40,279 bases of DNA from a virus. Positions 12,641-20,142 of this stretch are shown one piece after another. The position numbers and the translations under genes are program-made. The notes under the pieces are model-generated. The model saw only the letters and a list, made by a program, of their open reading frames with translations, did no database searches and was not told where the DNA came from. Positions within the stretch are counted from its first letter, which is position 1, and every line of letters begins with the position of its first letter. The DNA lies in IMG/VR virus record IMGVR_UViG_3300045988_083323, positions 1-40,279 of that record. The stretch is one strand, 5' to 3'.

Positions 12641-12648
12641 TATTTTGG

Positions 12649-13089
12649 CTAATCATCACACACAATGACCCCAGCGATCGGATGATCCGGTGTCAGCTTG
12701 TCTATCCCATCTCCCATCCATGCGTCCCAATAGATGGTTGTCGGCCAGTCATGTCCGGTAGGGTCATACGCCTCGGCGTGGTACTGACCAAGCGCCCCCT
12801 CACAGTGTATGTCCTCTGCCAGTGTGTATTGCTGGCCTTCAACTTCCACCGTCATCCCCTCGGTGTTGGGGATGACGTCCTCACGGAGGATGCAACGTGA
12901 GATCCTGCGCACATCCTTGACCATGTCTATTGGAATGACCCAACAATGGTTTTCTGGATCTTTGGACGCTCCGATCATGCGGAGCGCCCAAGAAAAGTGC
13001 AGATCGTTATACACGCTGCCATAATGCTCGTCACGATACCCCGTTGAGACATAGGCGACAGGCTTATCACCGTCAAACCAGATGTGCAT
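12649..13089 (-). CDS. Hypothetical protein (146 aa); last gene of the leftward accessory operon.
   Basis: Track ORF with the SD AAGGAGG upstream (minus strand). I recognise no motif. Confidence 0.65.
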   Translation of the reverse strand: MHIWFDGDKPVAYVSTGYRDEHYGSVYNDLHFSWALRMIGASKDPENHCWVIPIDMVKDVRRISRCILREDVIPNTEGMTVEVEGQQYTLAEDIHCEGALGQYHAEAYDPTGHDWPTTIYWDAWMGDGIDKLTPDHPIAGVIVCDD

Positions 13090-13099
13090 GCCTGCCTCC

Positions 13100-13396
13100 T
13101 TACACGTCTGCCGGATCGCCCCCGAAAGTGGAGGTCATCTCCATGGCATAGTCGCTGGAGTAGATGTACTCCGCATCTCCCACAATGGCCGCTGCCAGAT
13201 TGTGATACCGGCACTCCTGCGCTCTCTTCCGCTGCTCCTGGAGCAGCTCATTGTACCGGTCGCTGATCTCCCGCGTGGCATCTTCCCGGCCCATGTAGTA
13301 GGCCATGTAGATCATCTTTTCGATGCCGGCAGGCGCCTCATCCGTCAGGTCTACCTGAGAGTCCACGATGCTCCTTACACGTTCTGCGATAGTCAT
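13100..13396 (-). CDS. Hypothetical protein (98 aa).
   Basis: Track ORF with the SD AAAGGGGAAAG upstream. Confidence 0.6.
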   Translation of the reverse strand: MTIAERVRSIVDSQVDLTDEAPAGIEKMIYMAYYMGREDATREISDRYNELLQEQRKRAQECRYHNLAAAIVGDAEYIYSSDYAMEMTSTFGGDPADV

Positions 13397-13413
13397 ATTC
13401 TTTCCCCTTTCTT

Positions 13414-13581
13414 TTATTTCAGTTCCCCGGACTTCGCTTTTTTGGCGATGTCCCGCATGATCAGGTTAACGATGTACCCGGACACAGTGCGGTTATCCGC
13501 ATCCGCTGCGGCCTGTATCTCGGCCTTAAGGTCAGGAGTTATCCTGACCTTAAGCATGTCTGTCTTGATCGTTTTTCCCAT
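13414..13581 (-). CDS. Ribbon-helix-helix (CopG/Arc-like) DNA-binding protein (55 aa).
   Basis: The product MGKTIKTDMLKVRITPDLKAEIQAAADADNRTVSGYIVNLIMRDIAKK has the beta-strand / helix / helix pattern of RHH regulators. The SD GGAGGAAACC lies upstream. The ORF falls below the track cutoff. Confidence 0.65.
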   Translation of the reverse strand: MGKTIKTDMLKVRITPDLKAEIQAAADADNRTVSGYIVNLIMRDIAKKAKSGELK

Positions 13582-13591
13582 GGTTTCCTCC

Positions 13592-14164
13592 TTATGCGTT
13601 CAACATTTTTTCGATTTCTGCCAGTCTTGCCAGCAGCTTTTCTTTTTCTTCCAGCAGAGCGGCCCGGTCAATACCGCTGTCCTGGATGATCTCCATGGTC
13701 ACGCCCTCGGGCAGCTCGGCCTTGTCCAGCATGGTCTCCGGCACGTTGCGGAGGATCGCCACGCTGCCCTCCTCGACCACGCTGCGCCAATTTTTCGCGC
13801 TGCCGCCGCTGCGCGGCCCGCCTGCCTCAAAGGCTACGTCATCTCCGGGCCTTGCGCCGCTGTCCCGGCCATAGGCCTTGGAAACGGTCTTGCCCAGGAT
13901 CTCAACGGGACGGCACTCCGCGGAGCAGATCTCGCGGAACGTGAGGCGGACGGTGACACGCTTGCAGGTGTCCAGCTGGTCATCCTCACCGAAAACGTCC
14001 CGCATGATAGCTCTCACCTGCGGGAGGCTTGCGGTGGGCACCATCCAGGCCTTGCTGCCTGCGTCCCACCTGGCCCCGCCGATCTTGCGGATGGCGGAGA
14101 CAAATGCAGCGTTGTAAGGAGTGTACACGGCGGTCTGAGTTCCATTGTTTTTCGTGGTGATCAT
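13592..14164 (-). CDS. Hypothetical protein (190 aa) with a GARWD..SKAWMVP motif.
   Basis: The internal ATG at 14164 is preceded by AGAGGAGGAC. The motif resembles the short DUF5710-type K.LGAKWD...K.WY element (from memory). The C-terminus is a coiled coil. Confidence 0.6.
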   Translation of the reverse strand: MITTKNNGTQTAVYTPYNAAFVSAIRKIGGARWDAGSKAWMVPTASLPQVRAIMRDVFGEDDQLDTCKRVTVRLTFREICSAECRPVEILGKTVSKAYGRDSGARPGDDVAFEAGGPRSGGSAKNWRSVVEEGSVAILRNVPETMLDKAELPEGVTMEIIQDSGIDRAALLEEKEKLLARLAEIEKMLNA

Positions 14165-14190
14165 GATTTTGTCCTCCTCTTTTTTATTTG

Positions 14191-14391
14191 TTAGGCACAC
14201 AGCCCCATGTCATCTTCGGAGCGGGTGAGCTCTGCGGCGCGAGTCGCGGAAAAACGTCCTGCGTACTGCACCCGGTCAGCTGCGGGGTACTTTTCGTACG
14301 CCGCCTGTGCAGCCTCTTTGGTCTCAAAGTACAGGGTCTTTGTGGAGTCCCACCCGAAGTTGTTGACGGTCACCTTGTAGAGCTTTTTCAT
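14191..14391 (-). CDS. Small hypothetical protein (66 aa); first gene of the leftward operon.
   Basis: The ATG at 14391 is preceded by AGAGGAGGAC, the same SD context as the next gene. Confidence 0.55.
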   Translation of the reverse strand: MKKLYKVTVNNFGWDSTKTLYFETKEAAQAAYEKYPAADRVQYAGRFSATRAAELTRSEDDMGLCA

Positions 14392-14420
14392 TGTTTTGTC
14401 CTCCTCTTTTTGATGTACTA

Positions 14421-14449
14421 ATCTTACCACATTGTGACCACAAAGTCAA
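14421..14449 (-). promoter_or_regulatory. Leftward promoter with an inverted repeat in its spacer (candidate operator).
   Basis: Read on the minus strand: TTGACT (14444-14449), a 17-nt spacer, then TAAGAT (14421-14426). TTGTG-AC-CACAA (14432-14443) lies inside the spacer. Confidence 0.5.
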
Positions 14450-14519
14450 TACAAAATCGCAAAAAAGATGGCACTTTTTTAATTTTTTTTTATGCTACCA
14501 TGGCAGGGAGGTGAGAGAT

Positions 14520-14954
14520 ATGGCAAGACCGACAAAATACAAAAGAGAATACTGCGACAAGATCATAGAGTATTTTGACGTACCGCCGCAGCGCACGGAG
14601 TACCGGCGCACTTTTTACGCGGACGGCATGCTCAAGAGTGAGGAGCCCGTCACCAAGCCTGCGGTCTTTCCCACTTTTCAGGGTTTTGCAAATTTGATCG
14701 GCGTCAATATCACCACTCTGCATGAGTGGAGACGCAATTATCCGGAGTTTTCCCAAGCTTTTGCGCGCGCAAAGCAGATCCAGGAGAGCATCTGGATCGC
14801 AAACGGCATGAGCGGGGATTACAACCCCCAGTTCGCCAAGTTTTTTGGTATTAACTGCTTTGACGGCTACAAGGATAAGGTGGAGACCGAGCTCACCGGC
14901 GTCAAATTCACGTTTTCTTCCGCTGATGGTCCCGAGGAGGAGATCAGCGGATGA
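14520..14954 (+). CDS. terS: Terminase small subunit.
   Basis: 144 aa. The ATG at 14520 is preceded by GGGAGGTGAG. The N-terminal RPTKY..EYCDKIIEYF and FANLIGVNITTLHEWRRNYPEFSQAFARAK HTH are typical of TerS. The gene lies directly upstream of, and is coupled to, TerL. Confidence 0.75.
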   Translation: MARPTKYKREYCDKIIEYFDVPPQRTEYRRTFYADGMLKSEEPVTKPAVFPTFQGFANLIGVNITTLHEWRRNYPEFSQAFARAKQIQESIWIANGMSGDYNPQFAKFFGINCFDGYKDKVETELTGVKFTFSSADGPEEEISG

Positions 14955-16294
14955 TCCGCACCGTGTCGCTGGGCAAGCCGCCCAACCCCAAGCAGGTGGA
15001 GTTTTTCCGATCCCGCTGCAAGCATACGTGCTATGGCGGGGCCGTGGGCGGGGGCAAGAGCTGGGCTATGCGCACCAAGTTTATCCTGCTGGCCTCCCAT
15101 TACGATGGGCTCAAGCTGCTGCTTTTGAGACGCACCCTGCCGGAGCTGAAGGAGAACCACATCCTGCCCATGCAGGGTATTTTAGCGGGCATTGCCCAGT
15201 ATAAGGAGTCGGATCACGTCTTCATCTTCCCCAATGGATCCCGGATCAAGCTGGGATACTGTGCGGCGGAAAAGGACGTGTACCAGTACCAGGGGCAGGA
15301 ATATGACGTCATCGGGCTGGAGGAGGCCACCCTATTTACGGAGGCTCAGTACAACTTTATTTTGTCCCGATTGCGTACCACCCGTACCGACTTCTCCCCC
15401 CGGATGTACTATACCTGCAACCCCGGGGGCGTGGGCCATGCGTGGGTGAAGAGACTGTTTATCGACCGTCTGTACCAAAAAAATGAGCGCCCGGAAGATT
15501 ATAAGATGATCCGCGCCACCATCTATGACAATACGGTGCTCATGGAGTCGGACCCCGATTATGTCAACCGGCTGGAAAACCTGCCGGAAGACCAGCGAAG
15601 AGCCTTCCTCTTGGGAGATTGGGACGGCTTTGCCGGGCAGTATTTTACAGAGTGGCGGCGGGATCTGCATGTGGTGGAGCCGTTCCCGATCCCCTCCCAT
15701 TGGCAGGTGTACCGCTCCCTGGACTACGGCCTGGACATGCTGGCCTGTCTCTGGACCGCCATAGACGAGCTGGGCAATGCGTACGTTTTCCGCGAGCTGT
15801 GCCGGCCTGACACCGTAGTGTCGGAGGCTGCCAGACTCATACGCGCAGCGGGGAGCGAGAGGGTAGAGGCCACCTACATGCCGGCGGATATGGCCGGACG
15901 CACCCAGGATACCGGCATCAGCCGGTACGAGACGTTTTCACAAAATGGACTGGAGGGCACACTGGTACGGCAGGGCCGTGTGGACGGGTGGCTGAGACTC
16001 AAGGAGTGGCTTAAGCCCGTAGACGATGGCACCGGCACCAGGAGACCAAGACTGAGGATATTTTCTACCTGCACGCAGCTGATCCACGACCTGCCGCTGC
16101 TGCAGTACGCCACCACAGGGGATCCGTCAGACGTGGCCAAGGATCCCCACGACATCACCCACGCACCGGACGCGCTGAGATATTTCTGTGACGGTCGCCC
16201 GGCGCCGGCGGTGATAGTAACACCCAAGGACCCGGACGATCCTCCGGAGTATGAGGATCAGATCGCAGAGATATCGGAGTACGGCACATGGTAG
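14951..16294 (+). CDS. terL: Terminase large subunit.
   Basis: 447 aa. It has the Walker A motif YGGAVGGGKSWAM, the Walker B-like segment DVIGLEEAT and C-terminal nuclease-domain acidic residues. Confidence 0.92.
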   Translation: MIRTVSLGKPPNPKQVEFFRSRCKHTCYGGAVGGGKSWAMRTKFILLASHYDGLKLLLLRRTLPELKENHILPMQGILAGIAQYKESDHVFIFPNGSRIKLGYCAAEKDVYQYQGQEYDVIGLEEATLFTEAQYNFILSRLRTTRTDFSPRMYYTCNPGGVGHAWVKRLFIDRLYQKNERPEDYKMIRATIYDNTVLMESDPDYVNRLENLPEDQRRAFLLGDWDGFAGQYFTEWRRDLHVVEPFPIPSHWQVYRSLDYGLDMLACLWTAIDELGNAYVFRELCRPDTVVSEAARLIRAAGSERVEATYMPADMAGRTQDTGISRYETFSQNGLEGTLVRQGRVDGWLRLKEWLKPVDDGTGTRRPRLRIFSTCTQLIHDLPLLQYATTGDPSDVAKDPHDITHAPDALRYFCDGRPAPAVIVTPKDPDDPPEYEDQIAEISEYGTW

Positions 16295-16503
16295 AGTTTT
16301 GCATAGGCTTTTTAATGGGCGCAGGAGTGCTTTCGCTGGGAGTTCTGTTCGGCTCCCGGCTGACCCACACCGAGGAGCCAAAGGCGGCTCCCGCTCCTGT
16401 TGCAACGCCTGAAGAGCAGGATGATACGGAGCGTCAGTGGCGCAACCTCATGAGATACGATGGCGCAAGCCAGCTGGAGGGCACGGATGAGACAGCATAT
16501 TGA
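16288..16503 (+). CDS. Small membrane protein (71 aa).
   Basis: Track ORF with the N-terminal hydrophobic helix FCIGFLMGAGVLSLGVLFG. It overlaps both neighbouring genes. Confidence 0.4.
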   Translation: MVEFCIGFLMGAGVLSLGVLFGSRLTHTEEPKAAPAPVATPEEQDDTERQWRNLMRYDGASQLEGTDETAY

Positions 16504-18118
16504 GCCAAGGGACGTGGCAAGGGAGCTGGAGGCGGGCAAGAGTTACAAGTCCGCCATCAACCTGTTTGCCACCGTGGATCAAAACGAGGCCTTTTATACG
16601 GGCGACCAGTGGCGCGGTGTGAACGCCCCTGACGTGGATAAGCCCGTCATCAACGTGCTGCAGCGCGTGGTCAGTATGTTTGTGGCCAAGGTCGTGTCGG
16701 ATGACTTCGCCGCAAATTTTACCCCCTTCCATGAGACCCAGGATTCAGCCGCCGTTTGTAAGATGCTCTCCACCGAGGTGGACAGGGTCATAGAGCTGTG
16801 CGATCTCAAGCGGCAGAATAAGGAGCTCATGCGGGACTGTGCCGTAGACGGGGACGCATGCATGTATACCTACTGGGATCCGGACGTTCCCACCGGCCAG
16901 GCCGCCCAGGGAGCAGTGTGTACGGAGATCCTGCCCAACATCAACGTGTTTTTCGGCAATCCGTACAACAAGGACCCACAGGACCAGCCGTATATTCTCC
17001 TGGTCCGCCGCCTCCCTGTGCAGGAGGTGCGGGAAAGAGCCAGAGCCAATAACGTCCCCGAGGACGAGACCATGAGGATCCGACCGGATGAGGACAGCAA
17101 CCAGGGGGAGGAGGGCACGGACGGCAAGCTGGTGACCCTCATCACCAAGCTCTGGCGAGAGGGAGATGAGGTGTATGCGCTGGAGTGTACGGACGAGGTC
17201 ACCGTACGCAAGCCCTACAATACCCTGCTCACCCGGTATCCAATAGCCTGGATGAGCTGGGAAAAGATCCGCAGCTCCTACCACGGCAGAGCGGCCCTTA
17301 CCGGGCTTATCCCCAACCAGATCGCCATCAACAAGATATATGCGGGGTTATTGTACCAGGCCAAAAAGACCGCCTACAGCAAGGTGGTATATGACGGCAC
17401 CAAACTTCCCGGCGGATTTAAAGAGGGGCCCGGTCAGGCAATTAGAGTGACCGGCGGCGTGGGAGGAATACGTGACGCCATCATGTATTTAGAGGGCGCA
17501 CCCATCAACCAGTCAGCGGTCAACCTGATCGATAGCCTCATCAACCTGACCCAGTCCAACATGGGCGCCAATGACGCCACCCTGGGAGAGATCCGACCGG
17601 ACAACGCCTCTGCCATCATCGCCCTGCAGCAGCAGGACCAGATGCCCCTGGAGCTGCACCGGCAGGAGTTCTACTCGTTTGTCGAGCAGCAGATCCGCAA
17701 TATCATTGACATGATGCGCGCCTACTACGGCACCAGAGAGGTCATGCTGGATACGGTGGATCCCATCACCGGGCAGGACGGCAAGCAGGAGAGCACATAT
17801 GATTTCAGCCAGTTAACGGACGAAAACATGCGTGTGCGGGTGGACATCGGCGCCTCTACGTACTGGAGCGAGCAGATGCAGGTGCAGACCCTCAACAACA
17901 TCTTCACGTCAGGGATCATGGACAATCCTGCGGCATTCGCCCTCTTCCTGGAGGTGATGCCGGAGAAATTCATACCCAAAAAGGCTAAGCTCCAGGCGTA
18001 CGCGGAGTCCCTGCTGCAGCAGACCGCAGCGCCAGAGATGACGGAACCAATGCCGGTCCCAACAATGGACCAGGTGCAGCCGCAAGTGGCAGCGCCTGAG
18101 GAAAGTGTAAATATATAA
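16487..18118 (+). CDS. Portal protein.
   Basis: About 543 aa, positioned between TerL and the scaffold gene. The ATG at 16487 is preceded by GGAGGG; the track start at 16460 has no SD. Size and position are typical of SPP1/HK97-class portals. Confidence 0.8.
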   Translation: MRQHIEPRDVARELEAGKSYKSAINLFATVDQNEAFYTGDQWRGVNAPDVDKPVINVLQRVVSMFVAKVVSDDFAANFTPFHETQDSAAVCKMLSTEVDRVIELCDLKRQNKELMRDCAVDGDACMYTYWDPDVPTGQAAQGAVCTEILPNINVFFGNPYNKDPQDQPYILLVRRLPVQEVRERARANNVPEDETMRIRPDEDSNQGEEGTDGKLVTLITKLWREGDEVYALECTDEVTVRKPYNTLLTRYPIAWMSWEKIRSSYHGRAALTGLIPNQIAINKIYAGLLYQAKKTAYSKVVYDGTKLPGGFKEGPGQAIRVTGGVGGIRDAIMYLEGAPINQSAVNLIDSLINLTQSNMGANDATLGEIRPDNASAIIALQQQDQMPLELHRQEFYSFVEQQIRNIIDMMRAYYGTREVMLDTVDPITGQDGKQESTYDFSQLTDENMRVRVDIGASTYWSEQMQVQTLNNIFTSGIMDNPAAFALFLEVMPEKFIPKKAKLQAYAESLLQQTAAPEMTEPMPVPTMDQVQPQVAAPEESVNI

Positions 18119-18149
18119 AGCGCCAACCATAGCGCAGGAAGGAGCGGAC

Positions 18150-18938
18150 ATGACAACTGACACTACCAGCCAGCTGGAAACCGCAGAAGAGATGGACAAC
18201 GATCTGGACTTTGGGTTTGATACAGAAGACTTTGAGTCGGAAACCGAACCGGAAGAACAGACCGCTGCCGAAGGCACCGAACCCGAGGAAAAGCCCGAGG
18301 AAAAAGATGCCGGGGAACAGAAGGATGAGGACTTTCTGACCGTCAAGTACAATAAGGCGGAGAAGAAGCTGACCCGGGAACAGGCTGTGGAACTGGCCCA
18401 GAAGGGCCTGAACTATGACAAGATCCTGTCGGAGACGGAGCGCCTCCGGGGGGCCGTGAAGCCCTTTGCCGATCAGGCAGGGATGACTGTCCAGCAGTAC
18501 CTGGATCACCTGGCCAGCACGGCGGACGAGACCGCCAAAGCGTCTGTGGAGCAGCAGGTAGAAAAAGACTACCCCTACATCACCGAGGACGCGAAGAAGG
18601 AAATCATCCAGGCACGAATGAAGGAAAAGGCAAGAGAGGCGGAGTCAGCTGCCAAGGACGCGGAGAAGGCCAAGTGGGCGGACGCCCTGGCCACCTACCC
18701 CGACATGGCAGACAAGGTGCCCCAGGATGTACTGGACGCAGTACAAGCGGGCAAGGACCCCCTCACCGCTATGCACGAGCATAGGATAGCTGCGTTGCAG
18801 GAGCAGCTTGCAAAGGCCAATGCCCTGGCCACCGCCGCGCAAAAAAACAATGAAAACAGGGCCGCATCGACAGGCTCCATGCAGGGCATCGGCAAAAATA
18901 CCGAGCAGGATCCGTTCCTGGCTGTCTGGAGCGAGTAA
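18150..18938 (+). CDS. Scaffolding protein.
   Basis: 262 aa. It is highly acidic at the N-terminus, helical and coiled-coil throughout, and lies between the portal and major capsid genes. Confidence 0.7.
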   Translation: MTTDTTSQLETAEEMDNDLDFGFDTEDFESETEPEEQTAAEGTEPEEKPEEKDAGEQKDEDFLTVKYNKAEKKLTREQAVELAQKGLNYDKILSETERLRGAVKPFADQAGMTVQQYLDHLASTADETAKASVEQQVEKDYPYITEDAKKEIIQARMKEKAREAESAAKDAEKAKWADALATYPDMADKVPQDVLDAVQAGKDPLTAMHEHRIAALQEQLAKANALATAAQKNNENRAASTGSMQGIGKNTEQDPFLAVWSE

Positions 18939-18956
18939 GGCCCGGAAAGGGCTTAT

Positions 18957-20021
18957 ATGATCAACCTTATTACCAAGTACCTGCCCAAGATGCAGGAGCG
19001 CTTCCAGCAGCGATCCTTCACCGCGGGCAAAGCTGCCAACGACTATGAGTTTGTTGGCGCCAAGACCATCCGGATCCTGTCCATGGTCTCCAACCCTCCC
19101 GTCAACTTCAACCGCACGGGCTCCGGCAACCGCTTCGGCACCGTAAGCAACGTGCAGGACACCATGCAGGAGATGACGCTCACCCAGGACAAGGCGTTTA
19201 CCGGCACCATCGACCGGGGCGACAACTCCCAGCAGGGCTTTTTGAAAAAGGCCTCTGCCTGGCTCAAGCTGCAGCAGGATGAGCAGATGATCCCCATGGT
19301 GGACAAGTACAACCTGGCCCAGTGGGCATTCAACGCCGGGGTGGTCGTGGATGCAGGAGCCACCATCTCCAAGTCCAACATCGTGGACAAGCTGCTGGAT
19401 CTGGAGGTCGAGCTGGACGACAGAGGCGTCACTCCCTCCGACCGGTGGTGCTATGTGGCCAACAGCACCTACAAGATGTTCCGGCTGGCCAGCGAGTTTG
19501 TGGGCTGTGACGGCATCACCGACAAGCTGATCCTCAAGGGCTACAAGGGCGATTTGGGCACCCTCAAGATCGTCACCGTACCCAAGAGCTATCTGCCTGC
19601 CAACTGCGTGGCTCTGGTAGCCACCAAGGCCTGCGTACTGGCTCCCACCACCCTGACCACCGCCCGTATCCTGGAGACCGTTCAGGGATTCGACGGACCC
19701 GTCATTGAGGGCCGACGGATCTACGACGCCTTTGTCAAGGGCGAGATCTCCGATGGCGTGGCCGTGCTCGCCGAAAGCGGCAAGAAAGCAGCCAAGCCCA
19801 CCCTGACCGCTGCCGGCAAGATCACGCCCGGTACCAGTGATGACTACGTCATGTACACCATCGATGGCACCGATCCCCGGTACAGCACCACCGCCGTTAA
19901 GATCACCGCCGAGACTACCCCCACCCACACCGCTGGGGACACCATCAAGGCCGTGTCTTATCAGGATGCCGCAGACGGCGTGTATCACTCCGATGTGGCC
20001 TCCATCGTCACTACCTCCTGA
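18957..20021 (+). CDS. Major capsid protein with a C-terminal Ig/FN3-like extension.
   Basis: 354 aa, in the position after the scaffold gene. The C-terminal ~75 aa contains YTIDGTDPRYS, a motif typical of surface Ig-like add-on domains. Confidence 0.75.
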   Translation: MINLITKYLPKMQERFQQRSFTAGKAANDYEFVGAKTIRILSMVSNPPVNFNRTGSGNRFGTVSNVQDTMQEMTLTQDKAFTGTIDRGDNSQQGFLKKASAWLKLQQDEQMIPMVDKYNLAQWAFNAGVVVDAGATISKSNIVDKLLDLEVELDDRGVTPSDRWCYVANSTYKMFRLASEFVGCDGITDKLILKGYKGDLGTLKIVTVPKSYLPANCVALVATKACVLAPTTLTTARILETVQGFDGPVIEGRRIYDAFVKGEISDGVAVLAESGKKAAKPTLTAAGKITPGTSDDYVMYTIDGTDPRYSTTAVKITAETTPTHTAGDTIKAVSYQDAADGVYHSDVASIVTTS

Positions 20022-20026
20022 CCCAA

Positions 20027-20042
20027 GGGGCCGCAAGGCCCC
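20027..20042 (+). other. GC hairpin after the capsid gene, with no U-tract.
   Basis: GGGGCC-GCAA-GGCCCC lies in a 120-nt structured intergenic region. It may act as an RNA stabiliser or attenuator. Confidence 0.3.
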
Positions 20043-20142
20043 ATACGCTGCCGTAGCTCAAGGGCAGAGCCCCCCGGTACCCCTTACGGGAGATGCGTGT
20101 TCAAGTCGCGCCGGCAGCACAATTTTATCAAGTGAGGACCAT

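Noticed and set aside
12415-12900. Track ORFs 12415-12597 (-) and 12517-12900 (+) as protein-coding genes.
   Set aside because: They run through promoters, repeats and terminators, have no SD and have implausible composition. The 3' part of the plus-strand ORF is antisense to a well-supported minus-strand gene.
19862-19869. Additional GATGGCAC occurrences (also about 16024) as further late-promoter sites.
   Set aside because: They lie inside coding sequence with no A/T flanks and no downstream TAnnnT hexamer. Chance occurrences of this kind are expected for a GC-rich 8-mer.
18645-20036. The 463-aa minus-strand ORF antisense to the scaffold and capsid genes.
   Set aside because: It is a typical high-GC antisense open frame, G/L/H/V/D-rich and low in complexity, with no SD. 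The plus strand encodes well-supported scaffold and capsid genes. The same reasoning applies to 27743-29653 (-), 34063-35361 (-), 35268-36368 (-), 37778-39385 (-), 13082-14194 (+), 20943-21875 (-) and 22673-23290 (-).
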